Of a DNA stretch of 64,000 nt, positions 9,476-20,601 are shown piece after piece. Positions within the stretch are counted from its first letter, which is position 1. The number at the start of each line of letters is the position of its first letter. The stretch lies in NCBI GenBank assembly GCA_035480055.1, contig DATIIB010000009.1:277068-341067 (forward strand), written 5' to 3'. The notes under the pieces were generated by a model, which was not told where the DNA came from, ran no database searches, and saw only the letters and a list, made by a program, of their open reading frames with translations. A program made the position numbers and the translations under genes. The stretch comes from Candidatus Saccharimonadales bacterium. GTDB taxonomy: Bacteria; Patescibacteriota; Saccharimonadia; Saccharimonadales; DASZAF01.

Positions 9476-9742
9476 CTAGTTAGTTTGGCCGTCGTCTTCT
9501 TTCTCTCCGCGGTCACCATCGCTGTCGCCACCTTCGCCAGTTGGTGGGCCAGCTACGATTTCTTGAGGATGCTCGCTTCGCCACCAATCTTCATCTTCAT
9601 CCCAATCTTTTTTCTCGTCGCCACCAAGTGTAATCGGCCTTAAAGAAACTCCCAATGCCTCGGCAACTGCCGCACTGCCCATTACTGGCCGACTATCAAT
9701 TCGTGCCTCGTCTGCTTCTCGCTCAAGTACTAATTCGCTCAT
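9476..9742 (-). CDS. hypothetical highly acidic small protein encoded inside the atp operon
   Basis: 88 aa ORF between atpD and atpC, same strand. Strong RBS AGGGAGGGA 7 nt upstream of the ATG. Asp/Glu/Trp-rich segment DWDEDEDWWRSEHP. Confidence 0.6.
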   Translation of the reverse strand: MSELVLEREADEARIDSRPVMGSAAVAEALGVSLRPITLGGDEKKDWDEDEDWWRSEHPQEIVAGPPTGEGGDSDGDRGEKEDDGQTN

Positions 9743-9760
9743 AACTATCCCTCCCTTTTA

Positions 9761-12059
<2,299 letters not shown>

Positions 12060-12075
12060 GAGCCTTTATCCCGCC

Positions 12076-13626
12076 TTATTTCTTAGCCGCTTCCGGCTTA
12101 ACGGTAAAGGAATGGAGCGCTTTTTGGGCATGCTTGATGACGGTCGCCTTGAGTTCATCGGTTGGCTTGGCGCCTGTGTCGAGTTCTTTCATTGCAGCCT
12201 TTGCATCGGTAGCCAGGGCGTTCAGCAGTTCTTCCTGCGCATGCTTCACCTTGGTTGCGGGTACTTCGTCAAAGCCACCTTCGTTCGCTACCAACAAGCT
12301 GACCGTTTGTTCGGCCACGCTCAAGGGGTGATACTGAGTTTGCTTCAAAAGTTCGGTTAAACGTTGGCCACGTTCAATGCGCTGTTTGGTTTCTTCGTCC
12401 AGGTCGCTCGAAAACTGCGCAAAAGCTGCCAGCTCGCGGAACTGCGCCAGACTAATACGCAATCCACCAGCCACGCTCTTGACCGCCTTGGTCTGTGCAG
12501 CGCCACCCACACGCGACACACTGAGCCCTACCGAAATTGCAGGGCGAATACCTTGGTAAAAGAGGTTACTTTCCAAAAAGATTTGTCCATCGGTAATCGA
12601 GATAACGTTGGTTGGAATGTACGCGCTAATGTCACCAGCCTGCGTTTCGATCACCGGCAAAGCAGTCAGCGAACCAGCGCCCAGTTCATCAGACAACTTG
12701 GCAGCACGTTCCAGCAAACGCGAGTGCAGATAAAAGACATCACCGGGATATGCCTCGCGTCCTGGTGGACGGCGGAGCAAAAGCGACATCTGGCGATAGG
12801 CCACGGCGTGCTTGGAAAGGTCATCATACATAATCAGCGCGTGTTGCTTGTGGTCGCGGAAGTATTCGGCAATAGTGGTGCCTGCGTATGGCGCAAGATA
12901 GAGCAGGGGAGCGGGGTCATCTGGCGCAGTCGCCACCACAATGGTTTGGTCCATCACACCTTCGCGTTTTAGGCGTTCAATCAGCGCCGCAACCTTACTG
13001 CGTTTTTGGCCAACCGCCACGTACACGTTTATCACGCCGGTTTTTTGCTTGGCTTGGTTGATCATGGTATCGATTAAAATCGCGGTCTTACCGGTTTGGC
13101 GGTCGCCGATAATCAATTCGCGCTGGCCACGACCAATGGGAATCATGGCGTCGATAGCCATAATGCCGGTCATAAGGGGCTCGTGTACAGATTTGCGGTC
13201 CATCACGCCTGGCGCACGACGTTCAATTGGTCCAAACTCTTTAGCTTTGATTGGCCCTTGGCCATCCAACGGGCGACCAAGCGGATCAACCACGCGGCCA
13301 ATCATCTCAGGACCAACCGGCACTTCAAGCACCTTACCGCTCAAACGAGCTTTAGCGCCAGCCTCTACTTTGGCGTCGTCACCCAAAAGCACGGCACCAA
13401 TTTCGTCTTCCATCAGGTTGAGTGCAAAGGAAGTCACTGTGCCACCGTTGTTGGTCTCAATCTCGACCACTTCCGAAAAGCCACAGTCGCGAAGTCCATA
13501 AATCCAAGCCACACCGTCACCCACGCGGGTCACGATGCCAACTTTTTCGAGACCCCTGTCTTCGCGAAGCTCATGAATCGCGTTTTGGATGTCTTGAGAT
13601 AATTCTTTGATTGAAATGTCTGCCAT
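12076..13626 (-). CDS. atpA: F0F1 ATP synthase subunit alpha
   Basis: 516 aa. Walker A GDRQTGKT, plus conserved [17 protein letters not shown]. Confidence 0.97.
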   Translation of the reverse strand: MADISIKELSQDIQNAIHELREDRGLEKVGIVTRVGDGVAWIYGLRDCGFSEVVEIETNNGGTVTSFALNLMEDEIGAVLLGDDAKVEAGAKARLSGKVLEVPVGPEMIGRVVDPLGRPLDGQGPIKAKEFGPIERRAPGVMDRKSVHEPLMTGIMAIDAMIPIGRGQRELIIGDRQTGKTAILIDTMINQAKQKTGVINVYVAVGQKRSKVAALIERLKREGVMDQTIVVATAPDDPAPLLYLAPYAGTTIAEYFRDHKQHALIMYDDLSKHAVAYRQMSLLLRRPPGREAYPGDVFYLHSRLLERAAKLSDELGAGSLTALPVIETQAGDISAYIPTNVISITDGQIFLESNLFYQGIRPAISVGLSVSRVGGAAQTKAVKSVAGGLRISLAQFRELAAFAQFSSDLDEETKQRIERGQRLTELLKQTQYHPLSVAEQTVSLLVANEGGFDEVPATKVKHAQEELLNALATDAKAAMKELDTGAKPTDELKATVIKHAQKALHSFTVKPEAAKK

Positions 13627-13644
13627 AATTCTTTCTTTCGTCTC

Positions 13645-14040
13645 CTATGCTTGCTGCAGCCGTCTTAATTTCGCCCGAACCGATAGGTCAAGAGCTGCGT
13701 CTGGAGTCTGAACCTTCATGCCGCCCACCAATGTGGGGTCAATCTCGGTCGCCAGCTCCACCGCTTTAATATCATATGTTCTCTGTAAAAGATCTCGCAC
13801 TCGGATCAGTAATGCCTCGCTGAGTTCACGCGCGCTGGTTACGGTTGCAAACAGATGCACGTGGTCCTGGCTCAACTCGTACGCAACATCGCCGACCAAC
13901 ATTTCCACTTGGTCAGTCATCTTGCGGTCGAGTAAATACGCAGCCAGGCTGCGCGCCAGACGTTCCTTATTTTCTTTGGGATCAGCCAAACGAGCAGCAA
14001 CTACTTTTGCCAGACTGCGACGCGAGATCTTTTGGATCAT
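13645..14040 (-). CDS. atpH: F0F1 ATP synthase subunit delta (short, 131 aa)
   Basis: OSCP-like C-terminus IDPTLVGGMKVQTPDAALDLSVRAKLRRL. Operon position between atpF and atpA. Confidence 0.8.
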   Translation of the reverse strand: MIQKISRRSLAKVVAARLADPKENKERLARSLAAYLLDRKMTDQVEMLVGDVAYELSQDHVHLFATVTSARELSEALLIRVRDLLQRTYDIKAVELATEIDPTLVGGMKVQTPDAALDLSVRAKLRRLQQA

Positions 14041-14042
14041 AC

Positions 14043-14588
14043 TTAGGCCTGTTCCTTTTGAAGAGCCTTCAAAATCAAACTCTCATCTTTTTTGGCATCT
14101 AGTTTTTCACCAATAATTTCCTCAGTTGCCTGGGCGACCAGTTTGATGGTCTCGTCGCGCAGCGCTTGACGCGCTTTTTGTACATCGCTCTGCAACTGCG
14201 TTTGGGCGTCAGCGACAATCCGCTCGGCACGTTTACCAGCGCTCGCCTCGGCTTCGGCAATCATATTTTTGGCTTCTTGGTGGCTGCGCGACACAATATC
14301 ATCGGCTTCGGCCCGCGCTTTGGCCAAAAATTCGGCTGCGTGCGCTTCGGCCTTGCCAAGTGCCTCGTCTGCTTTTTTGGCATGGCTCAAGCCTTCTTCG
14401 ATCGTCTTGCGACGAGTCTCAATGGCTTTAATGAGCGGCGGATAGACGAACTTGCCCAACAACCACACCAAGATCAGGAATGATGCCGCTTGAACAACCA
14501 GCAACTTCCAATCAATACCCAGCGCACCCAAAATACCGCCGGATTCTCCGGCAGCTGCGACGCTCACAATGGGGGTTACAACACTCAT
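14043..14588 (-). CDS. atpF: F0F1 ATP synthase subunit B
   Basis: 181 aa with one N-terminal TM helix followed by a long charged helix. Operon position supports the call. Confidence 0.85.
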   Translation of the reverse strand: MSVVTPIVSVAAAGESGGILGALGIDWKLLVVQAASFLILVWLLGKFVYPPLIKAIETRRKTIEEGLSHAKKADEALGKAEAHAAEFLAKARAEADDIVSRSHQEAKNMIAEAEASAGKRAERIVADAQTQLQSDVQKARQALRDETIKLVAQATEEIIGEKLDAKKDESLILKALQKEQA

Positions 14589-14607
14589 TATGTATGTGCT
14601 TTATACC

Positions 14608-14823
14608 TTATTTAAGGAATTTAATAATCAGCGCAACCACCAAACCGATGATCGCCAGGGCGTCAACAAATGACATGGCCAAAATCATCAAGGTTCGGAT
14701 CTTGCCGAGTGCGTCAGGGTTGCGGCCAACCGCACCAACAGCAGCAGCTCCAACCAAGCCAAGCCCAATACCACACATCCCGGCACCAATTGCGTAGGTC
14801 AAACCAAATGCGAGTGAATCCAT
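14608..14823 (-). CDS. atpE: F0F1 ATP synthase subunit C
   Basis: 71 aa hairpin proteolipid with a GAAAVG...RNP loop and a C-terminal helix carrying the acidic residue (SFVDALAIIGLV). Confidence 0.9.
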   Translation of the reverse strand: MDSLAFGLTYAIGAGMCGIGLGLVGAAAVGAVGRNPDALGKIRTLMILAMSFVDALAIIGLVVALIIKFLK

Positions 14824-14868
14824 AAAATTTATATCTCCTTCTTACTTCTCTTATTACTAGTGTACCAA

Positions 14869-15711
14869 TTAACCACTGGTCGCTCCAGCTTCTTTAGGGG
14901 AAACAGTAGGGGTGGTTACGTCATCTTCGGGACCTTCATTGGCATGGTCTTCGTCGTGACCCGACGAACCCAGCGAAATAAAGACCACGGTCAGCATAAA
15001 GAATACATACGCCTGAACTGCGCCAACAAACAGTTCGAGCACCATAAATACAGGGAGAGCTAGCGGCGCGCCGTAGCTGGTAATATAGCTGATCACGCCC
15101 AGCAGCACTTCGCCGCCAAACACGTTTCCAAACAACCGCATGCTCAGCGCTGTGCCACGCGAAAACTCGGCCAAAAATTCCAGCATACCTTCAAAAGCGT
15201 GGGCGGGATCTTTCAGCGGATTGTGAATGTAGCGGCGCAAGTTGCCAAACAGGCCATGCTGGCGAATCGCATAGACCTGCACGGTGAGCATGCTGATAAT
15301 AGCCAAGGCAAACGTAAAGTTCATATCAGCCGCCAAGCCGCGGAAAAGTGGCTCACCGTGGTAGGTAATTGAGCCGACCCCTGGCACCAAGCCCAACCAG
15401 TTATTAAAGACGATCAAAAAAAAGAGAGTAATCGCCAGCGGCGCCAGGCGCTTAGCTTTTTGCACGCTGCCGGTTACTTCAACCACCGTCTCGTACATGG
15501 TTTCAAACATCCAGAGCACGGCGTGCATGGCCAGATTTCGTGAGCCACGCTTTACCGCAACAAGTGTGGATACCAAAATAAAAATGATCAGCGTGTAGCC
15601 AACCGCTCCGAGCAGCATAGAATTGGTGATGGGCACTGAGCCAACGTGAAAAATCGCTTCGGGAGCAATGCTGACATGTGGACCAGCGGCGGCAAAGTAA
15701 GAGGTACTCAT
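14869..15711 (-). CDS. atpB: F0F1 ATP synthase subunit A
   Basis: 280 aa polytopic protein. LSMRLFGNVFGGE motif contains the conserved Arg. Confidence 0.92.
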   Translation of the reverse strand: MSTSYFAAAGPHVSIAPEAIFHVGSVPITNSMLLGAVGYTLIIFILVSTLVAVKRGSRNLAMHAVLWMFETMYETVVEVTGSVQKAKRLAPLAITLFFLIVFNNWLGLVPGVGSITYHGEPLFRGLAADMNFTFALAIISMLTVQVYAIRQHGLFGNLRRYIHNPLKDPAHAFEGMLEFLAEFSRGTALSMRLFGNVFGGEVLLGVISYITSYGAPLALPVFMVLELFVGAVQAYVFFMLTVVFISLGSSGHDEDHANEGPEDDVTTPTVSPKEAGATSG

Positions 15712-15980
15712 CGTGTTTTATTCTCCATGGCGCCAACCTTTTGCAATTGGGCACGCACCAGCAGTATAGCAAGCCCAAACCCAAGCGCAACCGCAAATAA
15801 GGTCAGCCACGGCTTGGTGCCAAAATGCAGGTCAGCCCAAATGCCAAGCGCTGTGCACAAAATGACAGGGGTAAAGATTCGCCAAGTAGTATCAGCCAGC
15901 GTTACCAGAATCGCAATGGCCGCATGAGTATCATCCCCATGCGTGTCCGCGTCTTCTTTTGGTTGCTGTCCTTTGGTCAT
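15708..15980 (-). CDS. AtpZ/AtpI-family small membrane protein (ATP synthase protein I-like)
   Basis: 90 aa with two TM helices. It is the first gene of the atp operon and overlaps the atpB start by 4 nt. Confidence 0.7.
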   Translation of the reverse strand: MTKGQQPKEDADTHGDDTHAAIAILVTLADTTWRIFTPVILCTALGIWADLHFGTKPWLTLFAVALGFGLAILLVRAQLQKVGAMENKTR

Positions 15981-15988
15981 ATAGGGTC

Positions 15989-16017
15989 AATATACCACCA
16001 AACGCATATTTTAACAA
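15989..16017 (-). promoter_or_regulatory. putative sigma70-type promoter of the atp operon (TTGTTA-17-TATATT, TGg extended -10)
   Basis: Minus strand reads TTGTTAaaatatgcgtttggtggTATATTgaccctatATG. The -10 ends 8 nt before the atpZ ATG, which implies a leaderless or near-leaderless mRNA. Confidence 0.5.
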
Positions 16018-16044
16018 GGGTAGGGAGCACAAAAGCGCTGATGA

Positions 16045-16749
16045 TTACTCACCGGCTTTTCGCGGCACATAGTCCCTCGCGCTTGGCAGAGAACAAAAAG
16101 AGACAACATCTCCTTCGGCTACATCGAGCGGTCCGGTAAGAAGAGTCTCGATAATAGGCGTCCCCACATACCCGCGGCCATGCAAATCGGCAGCTGCTTT
16201 AAACTGCGCGCCCATCTCTGTTATTTGAGCGTGCGTCGCATCTGGGATCAGATCTTTAGCCATACGCTTTCCTGGATGCGTGCAGGCTGGATTGTAGCGA
16301 ACGATGTGAATGACCGCTCCCGCCATCTTGCCTGACTCTAATCGACCAACATGAGTGGAGTTAGGAATGTCATAAAAACTGGGGATTTTTTCTGTACCCT
16401 GAAATGCGGCAAAAACCACATTTATCCCCATACGCCGAGCCACAAAGACGAGCCGTTCCTCCCCGAATGTAGCCTTTGTCTCATCGCCATCAATCTCCAT
16501 CTCGTCCGCAATACCCTGCAAACTATCCGCATCAATCATGGAAACTTGCTCAAGGTTAGCAACCAACAGTCCCTTCGGCAGCCAGGGGAGTCGTGGACCC
16601 GCGGGTTTGGCTGCGCTGTGATGGCGCCGATCGCCAACAATGCCGGTTCTTTCCAGCTCAATTTCCTTGCGCGGAGTAGTCAGCCAATCATCGGCGCTCT
16701 CGGCTACCAAAAGTCCGGCAACTATTGCTGTAGGGTAGGTTTCAGCCAT
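16045..16749 (-). CDS. hypothetical protein, possibly MOSC-domain-like
   Basis: 234 aa. TGIVGDRRH and EQVSMIDADSL loosely resemble the MOSC GDRH...QVSL pattern. The assignment is weak. Confidence 0.4.
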   Translation of the reverse strand: MAETYPTAIVAGLLVAESADDWLTTPRKEIELERTGIVGDRRHHSAAKPAGPRLPWLPKGLLVANLEQVSMIDADSLQGIADEMEIDGDETKATFGEERLVFVARRMGINVVFAAFQGTEKIPSFYDIPNSTHVGRLESGKMAGAVIHIVRYNPACTHPGKRMAKDLIPDATHAQITEMGAQFKAAADLHGRGYVGTPIIETLLTGPLDVAEGDVVSFCSLPSARDYVPRKAGE

Positions 16750-16859
16750 AGTTTGGTTATACCATATCTCATTTTAATTTTTGATAGCGCGCATACATGC
16801 TATACTAAGTATAGTCACTCTCCCATAGCGTATAGTAGAAGAAAAAAGGAGCAACTCTC

Positions 16860-17108
16860 ATGGCCACGATTACAATTTACAGCACCCCAACTTGCGGTTT
16901 TTGCCACATGGAAAAAGAATGGTTAAAAGAAAAGGGCATCGCCTTTACCGCCAAAGATATCACCGTGGACGAAACCGCCTACAACGAAGCGCTGGAAAAG
17001 GCTGGCCAGCCGGTGGTGCCAATTACCGATATTGACGGCACCATTATTATTGGTTTTGACCGCCCCAAGTTAGAAACCAAACTCAAAGAAGTTGGCTTGC
17101 TCAAATAG
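16860..17108 (+). CDS. glutaredoxin-like protein (NrdH/YruB type)
   Basis: 82 aa. Redox motif CGFC near the N-terminus in a thioredoxin-fold pattern. RBS AAGGAG 9 nt upstream. Confidence 0.8.
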   Translation: MATITIYSTPTCGFCHMEKEWLKEKGIAFTAKDITVDETAYNEALEKAGQPVVPITDIDGTIIIGFDRPKLETKLKEVGLLK

Positions 17109-17114
17109 CGTCTT

Positions 17115-17705
17115 ATGGCTTTTGAGGATTACACAACCAAGCCGAGCGTTGTCATTGTCTACACCGGCAATAGCAAAGGCAAAACCAGCGCCAGTCTGGG
17201 CTTGATGTGCCGAGCGTTGGGCCGAGGTTGGAAGGTTGCGTATATCCAGTTTATTAAGGACTGGGAGGTGGGGGAGCACACCTTCATCCGCACTATTGAG
17301 CCACTTTTTAAGGACAAACTGACCTTTTATAAAGGTGGCAAAGGATTTTATAACGCTGGCGAACTGACCGGCCGCCAAGAAGATGGCAGCGTCAAACAAG
17401 CCAGCGAAGCCGAGCATCAGCAAAGCGCCGCCCAAACTCTGGAATTTGCCTTGCAGTGCGCCAAGAGTGGCGAGTACAACCTGGTTATTTGTGACGAAAT
17501 CAACAATGCCGTCAACGACGGCTTGCTTACCACTGCTCAACTTGCGCAGTTGCTTGATTCCCGCACTCCCGCGACTTCACTCTGTCTGACCGGCCGTAAC
17601 TTTCCGCCAAGCCTGTTACCAAAAGTGGACATCGCCACCAATATGGCCAAGATCAAACACCACTTTGACGACAAATACCTGGCCAACCAAGGTATTGATT
17701 ACTAA
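17115..17705 (+). CDS. cobO: cob(I)yrinic acid a,c-diamide / cob(I)alamin adenosyltransferase (CobO/BtuR family)
   Basis: 196 aa. P-loop-like YTGNSKGKTSASLGL, IQFIKD, LVICDEINNAV and LCLTGRN match the CobA/CobO family. Confidence 0.75.
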   Translation: MAFEDYTTKPSVVIVYTGNSKGKTSASLGLMCRALGRGWKVAYIQFIKDWEVGEHTFIRTIEPLFKDKLTFYKGGKGFYNAGELTGRQEDGSVKQASEAEHQQSAAQTLEFALQCAKSGEYNLVICDEINNAVNDGLLTTAQLAQLLDSRTPATSLCLTGRNFPPSLLPKVDIATNMAKIKHHFDDKYLANQGIDY

Positions 17706-17756
17706 AGTGTTGAATCTCCTTGAAAATTTTATTAACTGTAAGTAAGCTAGAGCCTG

Positions 17757-18194
17757 ATGTTTCGATACCGCAAGAATGAAAAAGTTGCCCGAACCGCGCA
17801 CCGCCCGACCAAATGTCCCTTTTGTCATCTTGAGGATAAAGTTCTTAACCCCCGCGAACGTCAGATTATCGAAGAGACCGCTCATGCTCGCGTCATGGAC
17901 GCATTGTATCCTTACGACTTGTGGGAATGGCGACAAGTTACCAGCCACCTGTTAATTGTTCCCAAGCGCCACATCGCACTGCTTGATGAGCTGACGCCAG
18001 AGGAACGCAGCGACATTATGGATTTGATGTGCAAATACGACACCCAAAACTACAGCGTGTACGCGCGTTCGCCAAGAAGTATTCAGCGCACGATCCCTGG
18101 TCACCAGCATACCCATCTTATTAAGACCAACGAGACCGCGATCAAAAAGGGTGCGATTTATATGGTGAAGCCGTACTTGCTGCGTAAATTCTAA
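17757..18194 (+). CDS. HIT family protein
   Basis: 145 aa. N-terminal CPFC, HLLIVPKRH, and histidine triad-like GHQHTHLI. Confidence 0.7.
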   Translation: MFRYRKNEKVARTAHRPTKCPFCHLEDKVLNPRERQIIEETAHARVMDALYPYDLWEWRQVTSHLLIVPKRHIALLDELTPEERSDIMDLMCKYDTQNYSVYARSPRSIQRTIPGHQHTHLIKTNETAIKKGAIYMVKPYLLRKF

Positions 18195-19852
18195 GCCTTA
18201 CCCAGACCCATTGCACGATCGTAACGGCTGAGGCGCAGACCGGGAGTTACAAGATCATCGATTGTCGCTTGCGCAGCCGCAGCCGCTTCTTTAGTGGTCG
18301 CTGCATGGAGTAATTCCTGTGCTTTGTCCCGAACCGCGGCAACTTTATACTCCAAAAATGTCTCCAGTATTACAGTACATGACGCCAAGAATGGTGCGCG
18401 AGCTGCTTCTATCTCTTCATAGCTAGGAACGTAAGGTGTATCATGTCGCCAGGCGTTTATCTTTCGACGATCATGCGCCTCTTTTTTATAGTGCTGCAAA
18501 AGGCGCGCGGCGGCATTCAGCTGCGGCGCATAATCGTATATGGTTGCCACAAATGGCGCCCTGGCATCTGCCGGCAATTCTTGGTAAGCCGCCCGAAAGG
18601 CAGCCGCTGGATTGATACCTTGCCACCCATATTTTTCTCTAAATGCTTGCCCGTCATCATCTGTCGGGAGGAATTGGAGCTCGCGTAGCATGGAATCGAT
18701 AACCCCTTCCAGACTTTCTGTATTGGTCGACCACGGAAATCCATCAACAATTATAGAAGGAACCGCCCGAAAGTTTTCGATCACTTCCTCTGCCGATGCG
18801 TTGCGCCACTCCTGCATCTGTTGGGCCAGCTCACCACCGATCATAGCAGCCGCTCCAAGGCCGGAGTGGAAAACTGCTTCCGGTGCGGTCAGTGTCCGCC
18901 GCCGCGCAAATTCTGCCTGGACAAGCATCTGCGATTTTGGAGCTGCGCGCACCAAAAAGTCACCGTCGCTATTAGTGGTGACAATATGATCACCATGCCT
19001 TTCGACTTGCGAAAGATACGGTTCGGCTACCGGTTCCTGGCCGCTGAACTGCGTCAGGCGATAGCGTTCCAGACCGGCTGCAGGCGCGTCACTGAGGATT
19101 CTACGTTGCGTATCAAAGTCTGGCCCCGCCTGCGCAAGCGCATGGTCAGTCGCCAACGTCCGCCGCTGCAAAAATATAGCTGTCAAATTGGCAAGGCCGG
19201 TAAGTAAGCGCGTTGGGTCAGCCGTTTTATTCAGTCTTTTGTCTGGATCTTGGGCATCTGCAATCTCGCAAAGCACAGGATGGGCGGCTTGCAGAAAATC
19301 TAGCCGTGCCTCATCGTCAGGCTGATCGGCCAGGACTGCATCAACAACGGCAGCGGGATTAATACTCTTCTGAAACCACAAAATCCTCTTGCTATCACGT
19401 TGGAGAAGCGAGAGCGTTTCAATAAACTCTTCTGTTGGGACAACTCCGCGCTCATGCGTCACAGCTTCCGGTAAGTTGTGAGGATTAAACCTATATTTCT
19501 CGTTGCGAATGAGGATGCGCTTTCCCGCTTCCCGTCCACCCTTTCTGTCTTCTTGTCTCAGCCATTCGGGATGATGCTCGGCCTCCAACCTCGGACTCCG
19601 ACCAACCATGTAAGCCTTAAGCGCCGCATTGGCTATAAAATTAGGGTGACGCTTCGCAAACCCCTCCATTCGTTCACGGCGATGCGCCTTACGCGCCATA
19701 CTTGTTGCGATCTTTCCAACTCGAGCTCGCGCTGCTTCAGACTCCGGATCGGTTGTCAGTAGAATCTCTGTACCTTCAGGAAAAGTGGTTATTTCAAAGT
19801 GGCCAACCACTTGGCGGTTGAGGTAGGGTTCAAATTCTTTGGAGTCGGTCAT
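18191..19852 (-). CDS. large hypothetical protein (orphan, no recognised domain)
   Basis: ORF 18191..19891. The ATG at 19852 (MTDSKEF) lies 10 nt downstream of TGTTATAAT (rc of 19863-19871). No TM segment or signal peptide was seen. Confidence 0.6.
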   Translation of the reverse strand: MTDSKEFEPYLNRQVVGHFEITTFPEGTEILLTTDPESEAARARVGKIATSMARKAHRRERMEGFAKRHPNFIANAALKAYMVGRSPRLEAEHHPEWLRQEDRKGGREAGKRILIRNEKYRFNPHNLPEAVTHERGVVPTEEFIETLSLLQRDSKRILWFQKSINPAAVVDAVLADQPDDEARLDFLQAAHPVLCEIADAQDPDKRLNKTADPTRLLTGLANLTAIFLQRRTLATDHALAQAGPDFDTQRRILSDAPAAGLERYRLTQFSGQEPVAEPYLSQVERHGDHIVTTNSDGDFLVRAAPKSQMLVQAEFARRRTLTAPEAVFHSGLGAAAMIGGELAQQMQEWRNASAEEVIENFRAVPSIIVDGFPWSTNTESLEGVIDSMLRELQFLPTDDDGQAFREKYGWQGINPAAAFRAAYQELPADARAPFVATIYDYAPQLNAAARLLQHYKKEAHDRRKINAWRHDTPYVPSYEEIEAARAPFLASCTVILETFLEYKVAAVRDKAQELLHAATTKEAAAAAQATIDDLVTPGLRLSRYDRAMGLGKA

Positions 19853-19971
19853 GTTATTCCATATTATAACACTTTTACTTGGTTTTGTCACTACCTGGAC
19901 TGCGGCTCAGCTTGCTTCCCTTCTTAATGTCCCTATAATAAGCAGTAACGACAACATTCTAAGGGGGGTAT

Positions 19972-20517
19972 ATGGCAAAAAGCACTGAACGACGAGCAAT
20001 CGACAAGGTTTTTATCTTGTTAGGAGTTATGGCAACGATTGCGCTCCTGGGAGCAAGTGCGCTTGGCTGGATTGGCTACCACTTCGCCACCACCAACGTG
20101 CGCAATGAACTCGGTGCCCAAAAAGTATACTTTCCGCCAAAGGGAAGCGCGGCCTTTGATCCAAAGGAGTTTCCTGACATCCAAAAATACGCCGGGCAGC
20201 TGGTGGACAATGGTCCCAAAGCGAAAGCCTATGCGAACGGCTTTATCGGGCGACACCTCGAAAAGGTAGCTGGCGGCAAAACGTATGCTGAAGTCAGCAC
20301 TCTGGCCATGAAAGATCCCACCAACACCGCGTTGCAACAGCAAAAAGCCACCCTGTTCCAGGGCGAAACGCTTCGAGGCTTGCTGCTCGGTGATGGCTAC
20401 GCCTATTGGACCTTTGGCATGCTCGCGCTATATGCCTCCGTCGCTGCATTAGCTGGTGCGGTGGTCATGTTGATTCTGGTATTACTCGGGCTGCGCCACT
20501 TGCGAAAATTGCGATAA
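19972..20517 (+). CDS. hypothetical membrane protein (N- and C-terminal TM helices)
   Basis: 181 aa. TATAAT promoter and AAGGGGGG RBS upstream. Two TM helices flank a soluble domain. Confidence 0.6.
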   Translation: MAKSTERRAIDKVFILLGVMATIALLGASALGWIGYHFATTNVRNELGAQKVYFPPKGSAAFDPKEFPDIQKYAGQLVDNGPKAKAYANGFIGRHLEKVAGGKTYAEVSTLAMKDPTNTALQQQKATLFQGETLRGLLLGDGYAYWTFGMLALYASVAALAGAVVMLILVLLGLRHLRKLR

Positions 20518-20536
20518 GGATTTTGCATGTATGTAA

Positions 20537-20563
20537 CTAGCACTCTTGGCATGAGAGTGCTAG
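20537..20563 (+). promoter_or_regulatory. CIRCE-like operator (HrcA-type inverted repeat) upstream of clpB
   Basis: CTAGCACTC-ttggcatga-GAGTGCTAG compared with the CIRCE consensus TTAGCACTC-N9-GAGTGCTAA. It is followed by TGgTATGAT (extended -10) and lies 39 nt upstream of the clpB ATG. Confidence 0.75.
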
Positions 20564-20601
20564 TTTTGGTATGATAGAAGCATAAGGGGACTCAGGGACA
20601 C

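Noticed and set aside
16800-16814. Palindrome CTATACTAAGTATAG as an NrdR box
   Set aside because: NrdR boxes are 16 bp even palindromes with a conserved central ATAT and flanking ACAC/GTGT. This site has odd length and a different core, so it is kept only as a generic operator candidate.
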